Positions 1 to 10,968 are shown, counted from the stretch's first letter. The stretch is 64,000 nucleotides of DNA from Planktothrix pseudagardhii (GCF_904830925.1 NZ_LR882967.1:3426106-3490105); one strand, 5' to 3'. Made by a program: numbers and translations. Notes: generated from the letters alone by a model not told the origin.

Positions 1-884
1 TAGCACCAATATTTATCAGAGTCAGCGAACAAGAAATTAGTCCTAATGCTACAGTCTTTAATCGGTTTTTGATTTCTACTGTCATCCTTGGGGTTTGGGA
101 GATCATCACAATTATCAGTAGTAAAGTATCCCAGAAACCCCCTAAACCCCAGGAGTCTTGGACTCTTCAGGATATAGGATTATTTGTACTAGCTGCGGGT
201 TTTGGTGCGGCTAATTTAACGGCTTGGGCTTGGTCTTTAACTCAAACCAATATCGCTAATTCCAATTTATTGCATAATTTCACCCCATTCTTTGCCACTT
301 TAGGCGGTTGGCTATTTTTAAAACACAGGTTTGACAGCAAATTTATTATGGGTTTGATTTTAGCTTCAGTCGGTGCGTTAACTATTGGTTTTGAAGATTT
401 TAACTTAACGAGCACTCATTTTAGAGGAGATGCGATCGCTTTACTTTCATCTGTATTTTATGCGGGCAATGCTCTCTGTGCAGAAAAACTACGAGCTAAG
501 TTTTCGGCAACAACTATCATATTATGGAGTTGTTTGTTCAGAACTCTTTGGCTGTTACCCATAACTTTGATTTTTGATGATCAAATTTTTCCCATTTCCG
601 TGAATGGATGGTTAGCCGTAATTTCCCTCGCACTTTTCTGTCAAGTTCTAGCGACGGTGATTATGTTCCATAACCTGAAAAAGTTTTCATCAGGTTTTGT
701 ATCTTTGTTTCTGTTGCTTGATCCAATTATTACTGCCATATTAGCCTGGGTAATATTTTCCGAAAAGCTCACTATCCTCAACTGGGTAGCATTTTTCGCT
801 GTGTTGGCTGGGATATATTTAGCTAAATCTGCTCAAGGTTCTCAGAAAGCAGCCATTCAAGAAATTACTGTTGACTCAGACTAA
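1..884 (+). CDS. DMT/EamA-family membrane transporter, 5' end probably outside window. The frame is open from position 3, and the track start at 69 is TTG.
   Basis: About 10 predicted TM helices with two-repeat EamA-like topology. Open frame continues to the window edge. Confidence 0.55.
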   Translation, partial: APIFIRVSEQEISPNATVFNRFLISTVILGVWEIITIISSKVSQKPPKPQESWTLQDIGLFVLAAGFGAANLTAWAWSLTQTNIANSNLLHNFTPFFATLGGWLFLKHRFDSKFIMGLILASVGALTIGFEDFNLTSTHFRGDAIALLSSVFYAGNALCAEKLRAKFSATTIILWSCLFRTLWLLPITLIFDDQIFPISVNGWLAVISLALFCQVLATVIMFHNLKKFSSGFVSLFLLLDPIITAILAWVIFSEKLTILNWVAFFAVLAGIYLAKSAQGSQKAAIQEITVDSD

Positions 885-2007
885 ATATTTTTGTCTCGGC
901 TCCAATGCTAAATCAGTAATAAAAATTAGCAAATTTCAGCACCCCCTACTCTCTGTTTCTAAACATTCCATGACACCAGAATTAACAACTTGGGTAGCAG
1001 ACCTAGAAAGATTACTAGGTCAAATTCTTGAATATTTTCGCAGTCAAATCTTCCATCACCTTAATGGTAGCCGTCGCCTTTATTGGCTATATTTATTAAC
1101 TTCTCTGTTATTGGCTGGACTGGTTTATTGGCGATCGCAACCTAAGTCTGATCTTAACTTTAAAGGATTTCTTAGTTTTTGCTTCCCCAAAGAAATCTAC
1201 TTTCATCCTTCAGCCCTGCTAGATTATCAAATCTTTATCATCAATAATATTCTCGCTCCTGGTAATTTGCGTTTAGCGTGGTTTGAAACATCATTAGTAG
1301 CATCTCTAGTCAATAATTTGCTGCAAGCAACCTTTGGTTATTTTGGCGGATTCACAACCGAAAACTTGGGATCGCTCGTGATTTTTACCCTCTTATTTGT
1401 TGCAGTTTTTGACTTTGCATCTTACCTTAACCATGCTTGGCATCACCAAAATCCTATCCTGTGGCAATTTCACAGTCTACATCATTCCAGTGAAGTCTTG
1501 ACCCCCATTAGTTTATATCGTTCTCACCCCTTATATGAACTTAATAAAAAGCTGATTACTACAGCCATCAGCGCTCCTTTACGAGGGATACTAATTTATC
1601 TATTTTTTGGTAAAATCCATGTTATAACTCTATTTGGTCTGAATTTTTTGGTCGCTCTATATTATATGGCAGGTGGTAATCTTGCCCATTCTCACATCTG
1701 GCTTGATTATGGAAAGATAGGGAACCATATTTTTATAAGTCCAGTTCTACACCAAATTCATCACAGCATAGCACCCCAACACATTAACAAGAACTACGGG
1801 GAGTTTTTGGGAATTTGGGACTGGATGTTTGGGACTTTATATCTACCCGAAAAAGAGGAAAAATTAGAATTTGGTATTGGCAAAAACCAACCTCAGCCTT
1901 ATCCGACTTTAACCCAGGCTTATTTAGATCCGGTAGTCAATGCCATTAATTTACTAATTGCCAAAATTCCTGGAAAAAGTGGAATTAAAACCATTAACTT
2001 GGATTAA
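871..2007 (+). CDS. Fatty acid hydroxylase superfamily protein (sterol-desaturase-like). An alternative start is the ATG at 970 (MTPELTTW...).
   Basis: Histidine boxes HAWHHQNP, HSLHHS and HQIHHS in a multi-TM protein. The 871 start overlaps the upstream gene by 14 nt. Confidence 0.6.
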   Translation: MTQTKYFCLGSNAKSVIKISKFQHPLLSVSKHSMTPELTTWVADLERLLGQILEYFRSQIFHHLNGSRRLYWLYLLTSLLLAGLVYWRSQPKSDLNFKGFLSFCFPKEIYFHPSALLDYQIFIINNILAPGNLRLAWFETSLVASLVNNLLQATFGYFGGFTTENLGSLVIFTLLFVAVFDFASYLNHAWHHQNPILWQFHSLHHSSEVLTPISLYRSHPLYELNKKLITTAISAPLRGILIYLFFGKIHVITLFGLNFLVALYYMAGGNLAHSHIWLDYGKIGNHIFISPVLHQIHHSIAPQHINKNYGEFLGIWDWMFGTLYLPEKEEKLEFGIGKNQPQPYPTLTQAYLDPVVNAINLLIAKIPGKSGIKTINLD

Positions 2008-2012
2008 ATATT

Positions 2013-3134
2013 ATGCTATTAACGAAAGGCTTTGAATTAGAAATATTTCTGGGTACTCCCCAAGGTGATCCGATTCCTTTGGCTGAAAAAATTATCGGCA
2101 AAGTGGATAGGTTTATGCAAGAAACAGACGAGCGCCATATAGAATATACAACTGAACCTCTTGCCAGCTATAACCAGCTTTTAAGTCAATTAATATTACC
2201 GCGAATTCAACTCAGAAAATATCTCCAAACCTTGGGAGAATATACCCTAATTCCTGGAAGTACATTATCATTAGGAGGAAGCGATCGCTTTTATCGTTCA
2301 GGAGATACAAATCCTTATTTAGAATATATTGAGCGCAACCACGGAACTAATGTGGTTACTGCTAGTGTTCATATCAACATTGGTTTTAGTGATCCAGAAC
2401 TGCTGATCCGAGCTTGTCGGCTGATTAAAATGGAAGCACCCTTATATTTAGCCTTAAGTGCTTCCTCTCCATTTCTGGATAATCAAATTACGGGTTATCA
2501 CTCTACACGCTGGCACATTTTACCCCATTCTCAATATCATATTCCCCTATTTGAAAATCAGGCCGAATATATTGAATGGGTAGAAGGACATTTAGCCACA
2601 GGAACAATGTTTAATGTTCGTCATCATTGGGATAATGTTCGACCCAATGGCGATCGCCGACCTTATGATCTTAATCGGCTAGAACTCAGAATTTGTGATT
2701 TAGTGACAGATCCTCATTCTCTTCTGGCTATTACCGCTTTGTTAGAAGCGCGGCTTTTGCAATTGATTAATGATCCGAGAATTGACCCTTTAGAAATGAG
2801 TCAATTACCAGCAACAACCCGGAAACAAGACTTAATTGATTTAACAAAAGCGAATGAAGCCGCCGTCAAAGTATCTAGTTTAGAAGCTGAGTTAAGACAT
2901 TGGCAAGACGGTAGAAAAATTCTAGCTCGACATTGGATTAATGAAATTTATAATGATGTTTTGCCCTTCGTAAAACAGCAAGGCTTTGAGCATTTTCTCT
3001 TACCTATACAAACAATTTTACAGGAAGGAAATACTGCACAAAAGTGGTTAAAAATGTATGATCAAGGTACTGATATTCGCTCAATTATTACCCAAGATAT
3101 TCAAGAACTGGTCAAGCAAGAACTTGACCATTAA
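2013..3134 (+). CDS. Glutamate--cysteine ligase family protein (cyanobacterial GshA-like, about 370 aa type).
   Basis: Size and sequence recall the cyanobacterial gamma-glutamylcysteine ligase family. Lies convergent with a glutaredoxin gene. Confidence 0.45.
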   Translation: MLLTKGFELEIFLGTPQGDPIPLAEKIIGKVDRFMQETDERHIEYTTEPLASYNQLLSQLILPRIQLRKYLQTLGEYTLIPGSTLSLGGSDRFYRSGDTNPYLEYIERNHGTNVVTASVHINIGFSDPELLIRACRLIKMEAPLYLALSASSPFLDNQITGYHSTRWHILPHSQYHIPLFENQAEYIEWVEGHLATGTMFNVRHHWDNVRPNGDRRPYDLNRLELRICDLVTDPHSLLAITALLEARLLQLINDPRIDPLEMSQLPATTRKQDLIDLTKANEAAVKVSSLEAELRHWQDGRKILARHWINEIYNDVLPFVKQQGFEHFLLPIQTILQEGNTAQKWLKMYDQGTDIRSIITQDIQELVKQELDH

Positions 3135-3150
3135 GGCAGGTATTCTACAT

Positions 3151-3176
3151 CCCACGCTTGAAAGACGTGGGCTTTG
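3151..3176. terminator. Stem-loop between convergent genes (cccacg-cttgaaaga-cgtggg), likely a bidirectional terminator.
   Basis: 6-bp perfect stem with a 9-nt loop, followed by ctttg. Sits between the gshA-like stop (3134) and the grx stop (3184). Confidence 0.4.
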
Positions 3177-3183
3177 AATACTG

Positions 3184-3441
3184 TTATTGTAAAAGTTCGT
3201 CCAGTTTTCCCTGCTTATCTAATGCGGAAATATCGTCAAAACCACCAATATGTTGATCATTGATGAAAATTTGAGGAACACTCCGTCTGCCATTAGCTCG
3301 TTCTGCCATCTTAGCTCTAGCGTCTTCATCCCCATCAATAGAGTATTCAGTAAATTCAACCCCTTTCTTCTTAAGTAAGGCTTTGGCTCTAGGGCAAAAA
3401 GGGCAATAAGTCCAAGTGTAAATTTCTACTTTAGCAGTCAT
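3184..3441 (-). CDS. Glutaredoxin (GrxC-type, CPFC active site).
   Basis: 85 aa with a CPFC redox motif and a C-terminal glutaredoxin fold signature (GGFDDISAL). Confidence 0.9.
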   Translation of the reverse strand: MTAKVEIYTWTYCPFCPRAKALLKKKGVEFTEYSIDGDEDARAKMAERANGRRSVPQIFINDQHIGGFDDISALDKQGKLDELLQ

Positions 3442-3479
3442 GGTATGTTTAATCGAGGGATATCGTTTTTTATTTTAGC

Positions 3480-4991
3480 GTGATCGACAAAATGATTAAT
3501 CAGAATATCGCCTCTCCTCTACAAGTACAGAAGAGCCATGGCGTGTCTCAATGGCAAAAAATTGCCCCAAAATTTGAGGCGGTTGTGGGTAAAAAAGGAG
3601 TTGTCCAACGTCAGGAAGAATTGCTCACCTATGAATGTGATAGTTTAACAAGCTATCGTCAACGTCCCGCATTAGTGGTACTACCCCGCACTACTGAACA
3701 AGTAGCAGAGGTAGTAAAAATCTGTTATGAAAACCAAATTCCTTGGGTGACGCGGGGTGCGGGAACAGGTTTATCTGGAGGTGCACTACCCGTTGAAGAT
3801 TGTGTTTTAATTGTCACCACCTTAATGAACAAAATCTTAAAAGTTGACCTAGAAAATCAGCGAATTATTGTGCAAGCTGGTGTGATCAATAATTGGGTGA
3901 CTCAAGCCATTAGTGGTAAAGGTTTTTATTATGCACCAGATCCTTCCAGTCAAACGGTTTGTACAATTGGGGGTAACATTGCGGAGAATGCGGGGGGTAT
4001 TCATTGCTTGAAATATGGAGTAACAACGAATCATGTCTTGGGATTAAAATTGGTAATTCCTGACGGTTCTGTAGTTGATGTTGGGGGAATCATTTCAGAA
4101 ATGCCCGGTTATGATCTCACGGGTTTATTTATCGGTTCAGAAGGCACTCTAGGTATTGCCACAGAAATTACTTTACGCATTATTAAAACACCTGAAGCCA
4201 TTGGTACTGTTCTAGCAGACTTTACCACTATTGAAGCCGCAGGTGATACGGTTACTCATATTATTAGTGCTGGAATTATTCCGGCGGCAATGGAATTAAT
4301 GGATGGGACTACGATTAAAGCGATTGAAGATGTTATTAATACCGGATGTTATCCTAGAGATGCTGCGGCAGTTTTGTTGATAGAGGTTGATGGTTTAGGA
4401 GTAGAAGTTGAAAGCAGTAAACAGCAGGTTGCTAAAATTTGCCAACAAAACGGAGCCAGAAATGTAATAATTGCTAGTGACGAACAAAGGCGAATAAAAC
4501 TTTGGCAAGGACGTAAAACAGCCTTAATTGCATTAGGTTATCAAAGTCATTATTTTCTTCAAGATGGAGTGATCCCTCGGACTCAATTAGTCGCTGTTCT
4601 TAAGGAAATTTCAGCTTTAGGAAATCAATATGGGTATCGTATTGCTAATGCCCTTCATGCGGGTGATGGCAACTTACATCCAGTCATTCTTTATGATCAT
4701 GCCGTTCCTGGTGCTTTTAAACAGGTAGAAGAATTAAGTGGCGAAATTCTAAAACTTTGTGTGAGAGTGGGTGGAAGTATTTCTGGAGAACATGGTATTG
4801 GTGCTGATAAAAAATGTTTGATGCCGGAAATGTTTAATCATATTGATTTAGATACCATGCAATGGCCGCGCCTAGCTTTTAATCCTCAAGGTTTGGCAAA
4901 TCCAGGTAAGATGTTTCCCACACCCCCGACTTGTGGTGAAGCTGCACAGGCTCAAAAAATGGGGCGGTTTTCAGATTTAGAAGTATTTTAG
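3480..4991 (+). CDS. glcD: Glycolate oxidase subunit GlcD (FAD-linked oxidase).
   Basis: FAD_binding_4-type N-terminus (RGAGTGLSGGALP) and a FAD-oxidase C-terminal domain. About 500 aa. Confidence 0.8.
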   Translation: MIDKMINQNIASPLQVQKSHGVSQWQKIAPKFEAVVGKKGVVQRQEELLTYECDSLTSYRQRPALVVLPRTTEQVAEVVKICYENQIPWVTRGAGTGLSGGALPVEDCVLIVTTLMNKILKVDLENQRIIVQAGVINNWVTQAISGKGFYYAPDPSSQTVCTIGGNIAENAGGIHCLKYGVTTNHVLGLKLVIPDGSVVDVGGIISEMPGYDLTGLFIGSEGTLGIATEITLRIIKTPEAIGTVLADFTTIEAAGDTVTHIISAGIIPAAMELMDGTTIKAIEDVINTGCYPRDAAAVLLIEVDGLGVEVESSKQQVAKICQQNGARNVIIASDEQRRIKLWQGRKTALIALGYQSHYFLQDGVIPRTQLVAVLKEISALGNQYGYRIANALHAGDGNLHPVILYDHAVPGAFKQVEELSGEILKLCVRVGGSISGEHGIGADKKCLMPEMFNHIDLDTMQWPRLAFNPQGLANPGKMFPTPPTCGEAAQAQKMGRFSDLEVF

Positions 4992-5147
4992 TGATCTGGG
5001 TTTTGGGGAGTAGAGGCGAGGTGTTTGTCTGTGAAGGGGGAGTGCCCACTGCCATAGCGTGAAACGTTGACAGTGGTATTTCACTTAGGCATTGTAACAA
5101 TGGTAGTATGTCGTAGATGTGCTGTATGTAACTTTTGAGTATTAATA

Positions 5148-6893
5148 ATGGGGAAAATAGAAAAAAGGGATTCAACTTTAGTAGACATACTACGGGATCA
5201 GGCCGTTGCTCAACCTAACCAAATAGCATTTAAGTTTCTTCCAAATGGAGAACAAGAATCAGATCAATTAACCTATCAAGAATTGGATCAAAAAGCCAGA
5301 GCAATTGCCTATCAACTGGGTCAGAAAATTAATCGGGGCGAAAGAGTATTATTATTATATCCACCCGGTTTAGAATTTATTAGTGCTTTTTTTGGATGTT
5401 TATATGCTGATGCGATCGCAGTTCCTGTTAATCCTCCTCGACCCAACAGACCAGCAACTCGGCTTTTAACAATCAAATCAGATTCACAAGCAACATTAGC
5501 ACTAACTACAACATCTCTATTCAGCAAACTCAAATCACAACTAACTCATTATCCCGAATTAGCAACTTTACCTTTAATAGTTAGTGATGAAATCAGTATT
5601 GATCTAGCTTCAAATTGGGAGAAATCAACAACAACAATAGATTCTTTAGCTTTTCTCCAATACACATCTGGATCGACAGGAACACCAAAAGGAGTAATGG
5701 TAACTCATGGTAATTTACTCCACAATTCGCAGTATATCAAACAAGCCTTTCAACTGACACAAGACAGTATATCGGTTAGCTGGCTACCCAGTTTTCATGA
5801 TATGGGTCTAATTGATGGAATTATTCAGCCTTTGTACACTGGATTTATGGGCGTATTGATGAAACCTGAAAGTTTTATCCAACACCCTTGGCGATGGCTA
5901 CAGGCAATTACAAACTACAAAGCAACCCACTGCGGCGGGCCTAATTTTGCCTACGATCTTTGCGTTCAGAAGATTACCAATGAACAACTTGAAACCTTCG
6001 ACCTCAGTAGCTGGGAAAGTGCTTACAGTGGTTCTGAACCCGTGCGGAGAGAAACTTTAGAGCGTTTTATTGCTAAATTTGCCCCTTGTGGTTTCCCGGC
6101 TAAGAGTTTTTATCCCTGCTATGGGATGGCTGAATCTACCTTAATGATTTCAGGGGGACTGGTTCAAGAAGAACCCATTTACTGCACCGTTGCAGCCGAC
6201 GCATTAGAGCAAAATGGGGTGACAGAAGCATCTAAAGACGTTGAAAATGTTAGACATCTCGTTGGATGTGGACGAGGTTGGCTAGATACCAAAATTGTCA
6301 TCGTTGAACCCGAATCTTTTCAGCAATGTCATTCAGGTCAAGTCGGGGAAATCTGGGTATCGGGTGAAAGTGTTGCCCAAGGCTATTGGAACCAACCGGA
6401 ACTTTCAGAACAAGCCTTTGGAGCTTATCTAGCAGATCCTCATCATGGGCCGTTTCTCCGCACTGGAGATCTAGGATTTTTGCGAGAGGGTGAGCTATTC
6501 ATCACGGGACGGATGAAAGATATGATTATTATTAGAGGTCGCAATTATTACCCCCAAGATATTGAAATAACAGTAGAAACCAGCCATCCAGCGTTGCGAG
6601 GCAATTGTTGTGCAGCTTTTGCAATAGAAAAAGATAATACAGAGCAGTTAGTCATAGTAGCTGAAGTCGAACGGACACATTTACGACATCTGAATGTCAA
6701 AGAGGTCGTAGCAGAAATCGGCGAAGCCATCATGCAGCAACATGAAATCCAGGCTTATGGCACGGTACTGATTAAAACGGGGAGTATTCCTAAAACTTCC
6801 AGTGGCAAAATTCAACGGCGTATTTGCAAAGAAAAGTTTCTGTGCGAAACTCTCAATATTGTCGGGGGAAAGATTGGAAAATCGGAGTTATAA
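5148..6893 (+). CDS. Fatty acyl-AMP ligase (FAAL, standalone adenylation enzyme).
   Basis: AMP-binding motifs YTSGSTGTPKGV and GRMKDMIIIRGRNYYPQDIE. Size and N-terminus are typical of FAAL rather than acyl-CoA synthetase. First gene of the desaturase/ACP cassette. Confidence 0.8.
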   Translation: MGKIEKRDSTLVDILRDQAVAQPNQIAFKFLPNGEQESDQLTYQELDQKARAIAYQLGQKINRGERVLLLYPPGLEFISAFFGCLYADAIAVPVNPPRPNRPATRLLTIKSDSQATLALTTTSLFSKLKSQLTHYPELATLPLIVSDEISIDLASNWEKSTTTIDSLAFLQYTSGSTGTPKGVMVTHGNLLHNSQYIKQAFQLTQDSISVSWLPSFHDMGLIDGIIQPLYTGFMGVLMKPESFIQHPWRWLQAITNYKATHCGGPNFAYDLCVQKITNEQLETFDLSSWESAYSGSEPVRRETLERFIAKFAPCGFPAKSFYPCYGMAESTLMISGGLVQEEPIYCTVAADALEQNGVTEASKDVENVRHLVGCGRGWLDTKIVIVEPESFQQCHSGQVGEIWVSGESVAQGYWNQPELSEQAFGAYLADPHHGPFLRTGDLGFLREGELFITGRMKDMIIIRGRNYYPQDIEITVETSHPALRGNCCAAFAIEKDNTEQLVIVAEVERTHLRHLNVKEVVAEIGEAIMQQHEIQAYGTVLIKTGSIPKTSSGKIQRRICKEKFLCETLNIVGGKIGKSEL

Positions 6894-6953
6894 ATTCCTT
6901 GAGTTTTAAATTTTCCCCTGCTATTTAAACCTAGGTAAATTGAGGAAAGATCA

Positions 6954-7940
6954 ATGTCTATACCCGTGGATAGCCCAACACCCAATATAAGCCCCAAGAT
7001 CACCCTAGAAAATGATTATCTTAAATCCCTGCAACAGCGTTACGCCTTTGCTACTATCTTGATTCCTTTTTTTGGGTTATTAATAGCCATTTATACAACT
7101 TTTAAGTTTGGGATCAGTTCAGTAGACATTGGACTATTTCTGGTCATGTATACCTTGACAATGCTGGGAATAACAGTGGGTTTTCATCGACATTTTGCTC
7201 ACGGTGCTTTTAAGACAAATACAGTCATTAGAATCCTGTTAGCAATATTAGGATGTATGTCCGCTCAAGGGCCTGTTATTCAATGGGCAAGTATTCACCG
7301 TCGGCATCATAAGTATAGCGATCGCCCAGGGGATCCCCACTCCCCCTTAATATACAAAGGAGAAAAATGGGCAACTCTGCGGGGATTGTGGCATGGTCAA
7401 GTTGCTTGGATGTTGAACAGTGACGTTACCAATACGGTTGTTTTTGCTAAAGACTTGCTCAGAGATCCAATAATTACCAAAGTCAATCGTTTCTATCTGA
7501 CTTGGGTTATCCTGGGTTTAGCCATTCCGGCAATTGTAGACGGACTTCTCACGGGAACTTGGATAGGCATTTTACAAGGATTTCTCTGGGGGGGATTGGT
7601 GCGAATCTTTTGTGTTAATCATGCCTTTTGGACGATTAACTCCATTGCTCACTATTATGGACAACGCCCCTTTGATACCGAAGAGCAAAGCCACAACACA
7701 TTCTGGCTATCTCTAGCCAACTTTGGAGAAGCTTGGCATAACAATCATCATGCTTTTCCACACTCAGCCTTGTTAGGTCTGAAATGGTGGCAAATTGATA
7801 TTGGCGGTGGGGTGATTCTGGCTCTCCAAAAAGTAGGTTTAGCTTGGGATCTCAAAACCCCCACAGCCGGGATGATTGCAGAAAAGTTGAAGGTTAACAA
7901 ACAGTCAGAAAATTTAACAATAGATGCCAGCAATTTCTAG
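6954..7940 (+). CDS. Membrane fatty-acid desaturase, copy 1 (Delta9/JamB-like family).
   Basis: Three His boxes (HRHFAH, HRRHHKYSD, HNNHHAFP) and 4 TM. Confidence 0.8.
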   Translation: MSIPVDSPTPNISPKITLENDYLKSLQQRYAFATILIPFFGLLIAIYTTFKFGISSVDIGLFLVMYTLTMLGITVGFHRHFAHGAFKTNTVIRILLAILGCMSAQGPVIQWASIHRRHHKYSDRPGDPHSPLIYKGEKWATLRGLWHGQVAWMLNSDVTNTVVFAKDLLRDPIITKVNRFYLTWVILGLAIPAIVDGLLTGTWIGILQGFLWGGLVRIFCVNHAFWTINSIAHYYGQRPFDTEEQSHNTFWLSLANFGEAWHNNHHAFPHSALLGLKWWQIDIGGGVILALQKVGLAWDLKTPTAGMIAEKLKVNKQSENLTIDASNF

Positions 7941-7964
7941 TAAACTTGACTGAATCCGGATTTT

Positions 7965-8966
7965 TTGCACTGCCAAATTTTTGTATTGCGTCATCTATTA
8001 GGAGTTCAGAGAATGACAACACATTTCGATACTGCCATACCCAATCAGAAGACAAAGGTTATTAGCAATGACTACATTAAAGGACTGCAATATAAACATT
8101 TTTGGTGGTACAATTTCATTCCCTTTTTAGGAACAATTGTGGCGATCATTTCTCTTTTGTGGCTACCCATTGGGCCAATCGAGATCGGAATGCTGATTGT
8201 GATGTGGGCTTTGACCATGACCGGGGTGAGTGTCGGTTTTCATCGCTACTATACCCATCGTGCTTTTAAAACTCACCAGAGCATTCGGGTGATATTCGCC
8301 ATATTGGGTTCTGTAGCTGCCCAAGGGCCCTTAATTTCCTGGGTAGCCGTTCATCGTCGCCATCATGAGTGCAGTGATCTACCCGGTGATCCCCATTCCC
8401 CTAATCTTCACGGTCAGGGATTTCTCGGAACTCTCAAGGGATTATGGCATTCCCATGTTGGCTGGCTGATTGATCATGATTATCCTAATCCAACCTATTA
8501 TGCCCCTGAACTCCTGCGAGATCAAAGCATATCCAAAATTAGCCGATTGTATCTAGTTTGGGTGCTTCTGGGTCTAGCGATTCCTACTATGATCGGCGGA
8601 CTACTTCATTTGTCCCTAATAGGAGCATTGCAAGGCTTTCTTTGGGGTGGTGTTGTGCGCCTGTTTATTGTAGATAACATCATATTGAGCGTTAATTCCG
8701 TCTCTCATGTTTATGGGACTCGTGGTTTTAAGACAGGCGATCAAAGCAAGAATAACCCTTGGGTGGCTATCCCAACGTTTGGCGAGTCTTGGCAAAACAA
8801 TCACCATGCGTTTGAAAGCTCTGCTGCTATCGGTTTGAAAGGGTGGCAAATTGATATTGGTTATGCAGTAATTTGGATCTTGGAAAAATTAGGCTGGGCT
8901 TGGGATGTAAATCTGCCCACCGCCAAGATGATAGAGGCGAAAACAATTACCCTAGCTCAGGATTAA
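7965..8966 (+). CDS. Membrane fatty-acid desaturase, copy 2. Likely start at 8016 (MTTHF...).
   Basis: His boxes HRYYTH, HRRHHECSD and QNNHHAFE. An RBS-like aggag precedes the ATG at 8016. Confidence 0.8.
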   Translation: MHCQIFVLRHLLGVQRMTTHFDTAIPNQKTKVISNDYIKGLQYKHFWWYNFIPFLGTIVAIISLLWLPIGPIEIGMLIVMWALTMTGVSVGFHRYYTHRAFKTHQSIRVIFAILGSVAAQGPLISWVAVHRRHHECSDLPGDPHSPNLHGQGFLGTLKGLWHSHVGWLIDHDYPNPTYYAPELLRDQSISKISRLYLVWVLLGLAIPTMIGGLLHLSLIGALQGFLWGGVVRLFIVDNIILSVNSVSHVYGTRGFKTGDQSKNNPWVAIPTFGESWQNNHHAFESSAAIGLKGWQIDIGYAVIWILEKLGWAWDVNLPTAKMIEAKTITLAQD

Positions 8967-9003
8967 AGTCCCGACTACAAAACTTATGTAGGTTGAGCCA
9001 ACA

Positions 9004-9936
9004 ATGCAAGCAATCACAATTAAAAGCGATCGCCTGAAAAGACAACAAGAAATTCACGGCATCAGCAATCTCATCATTCCCTTAAGCGGATCTGTAGCAG
9101 CAGTAGTCCTGGCTTTTCAGATCGGTGTTAGTGCCGTAGATATCTGGCTATTGCTAATTATGTATTTTTTAACAGCGATTGGCGTAACAGTAGGGCTGCA
9201 TAGACACTTTGCCCACTGCGCCTTCGGGGCTAATCAGACGGTGAGAATTATCCTGGCTGTCCTGGGTTCTATGGCCGCAGAAGGCCCCCTCAATTATTGG
9301 GTAGCCACCCATCGCCGTCACCACAAATACAGCGATACCCCCGGAGATCCCCATTCTCCCTTTGTTAAAGAAGAGCAAAAATTGGGCTTTTTAGAAGGGG
9401 TATGGCATTCTCATGTCGGTTGGACATTCAATCATGAACTCACGAACACCTTTGTCTTTGCTAAAGACATGGTGCGAGATCCCATGCTGAACAGAATTAG
9501 CCAACTTTATTATTTGTGGCTATTTTTGGGAGTAGCGATTCCTGGTGTTATTGGTGGAGTAATCACCGGAACTTGGATGGGGGCGTTGACCGGAACATTA
9601 TGGGGCGGCTTTCTCCGTATCTTCCTTCAACACCATTTAGGTTTTTGGACGGTTGGCTCTCTGGCCCATCTCTTAGGAAATCGTCCCTTTGAGACTGACG
9701 ACTATAGCCGCAATAACCTCTGGGTTGCCTTGTTCACCTGTGGAGAATGGCACAACAACCACCATGCTTTTCCTTATGCGGCTATTCATGGTTTCCACTG
9801 GTGGCAAATCGATGTCGGTGGCTTCGTGATTCGACTACTGGAAAAGCTAGGTTTGGTTTGGGACTTGAAAATGCCTACAGCCGAAGCGATCGCCGCTAAA
9901 AAAAGAAAGGTGAGTTGTAATGAAGCCTGCAACTAG
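9004..9936 (+). CDS. Membrane fatty-acid desaturase, copy 3.
   Basis: His boxes HRHFAH, HRRHHKYSD and HNNHHAFP. Confidence 0.8.
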   Translation: MQAITIKSDRLKRQQEIHGISNLIIPLSGSVAAVVLAFQIGVSAVDIWLLLIMYFLTAIGVTVGLHRHFAHCAFGANQTVRIILAVLGSMAAEGPLNYWVATHRRHHKYSDTPGDPHSPFVKEEQKLGFLEGVWHSHVGWTFNHELTNTFVFAKDMVRDPMLNRISQLYYLWLFLGVAIPGVIGGVITGTWMGALTGTLWGGFLRIFLQHHLGFWTVGSLAHLLGNRPFETDDYSRNNLWVALFTCGEWHNNHHAFPYAAIHGFHWWQIDVGGFVIRLLEKLGLVWDLKMPTAEAIAAKKRKVSCNEACN

Positions 9937-10002
9937 CCTTCAAGTTGAGCATTAAACCCAGAAAAGCAATGATTAACCGCAATCATAAACCTAGCTGATC
10001 CA

Positions 10003-10968
10003 ATGATTACAGAGCCTCTTGTTAATCCAGACAAAAGACAAAAAACCGTCACAGCCCCTCACCTGAGAGTTCCTCAAACCATACACTTCATCTTGTTTGA
10101 AGTTGTACCTTTTTTGGGATTCATCACCGCCATTGTTTTACTATTGTTCGGAATTCCTATGACTTGGGTGGACTTAGGGCTGTTTATCAGTTTGTGGTTC
10201 TTAACTCAAATTGGCTTTACTGTGGGTTGGCATCGCCTTTTTAGCCATAATGCGTTTAAAGCTAATGTCGTTGTTAGAGTGACCTTAGCAATTCTAGGTT
10301 CTATGGCAGACCCTGGCCCCTTGCTGTTGGCAGTAGCCGCCCATCGTCGTCATCATGAATATGCCGATCAACCCGGAGATCCTCATTCTCCCCATCTTTT
10401 TGGAGAAGGAGTTACGGATCAGATCAAAGGCTTTTGGCACGCTCATGATGGCTGGTTAGCGACCAACAGAGAACACCCCAATACCATCCACTATGTTCCA
10501 GACTTACTGCGGGACAAAGCCCTAACAACAGCGAGCCGATATTATTGGCTGTGGGTGATTTTAGGACTGGTCATTCCTGCTATCCTAGGCGGTGTTTTGA
10601 CAAACTCATGGCTGGGAGCTTTTCAAGGCTTTCTTTGGGGAGGACTGGTGCGGATGTTCTTTGTCAATAACCTCATCAATGGCGTCAACTCTTTTTGTCA
10701 CGTCCTTGGCGGTCGCTCCTTTAATACCCCTGATCACAGCCGGAACAATCTCTGGCTGGCTCTTCCTTCCTTGGGTGAAGGATGGCACAATAGTCACCAT
10801 GCTTTTCCGCAATCAGCCATTTTTGGTTTCGACTGGTGGCAAGTTGATATCGGGGGCTGGGTTGTCCTCATTTTAGAAAAGCTGGGTTTAATTTGGGATG
10901 TCAAGATTCCTAAAGCCGATACTATCAAAGCTAAAAAAGCTTTTTTAGCAGCTAGAAAGGCAACATAG
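10003..10968 (+). CDS. Membrane fatty-acid desaturase, copy 4.
   Basis: His boxes HRLFSH, HRRHHEYAD and HNSHHAFP. Confidence 0.8.
   Translation: MITEPLVNPDKRQKTVTAPHLRVPQTIHFILFEVVPFLGFITAIVLLLFGIPMTWVDLGLFISLWFLTQIGFTVGWHRLFSHNAFKANVVVRVTLAILGSMADPGPLLLAVAAHRRHHEYADQPGDPHSPHLFGEGVTDQIKGFWHAHDGWLATNREHPNTIHYVPDLLRDKALTTASRYYWLWVILGLVIPAILGGVLTNSWLGAFQGFLWGGLVRMFFVNNLINGVNSFCHVLGGRSFNTPDHSRNNLWLALPSLGEGWHNSHHAFPQSAIFGFDWWQVDIGGWVVLILEKLGLIWDVKIPKADTIKAKKAFLAARKAT

Noticed and set aside
3849-10876. Numerous 60-98-aa ORFs overlapping glcD, FAAL and the desaturase genes (for example 3849..4034, 4879..5175, 5321..5533, 6548..6733, 6812..7003, 7748..7933, 8616..8849, 9169..9378, 10606..10812, 10661..10876).
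   Set aside because: Each lies antisense or out-of-frame within a longer, motif-supported gene.
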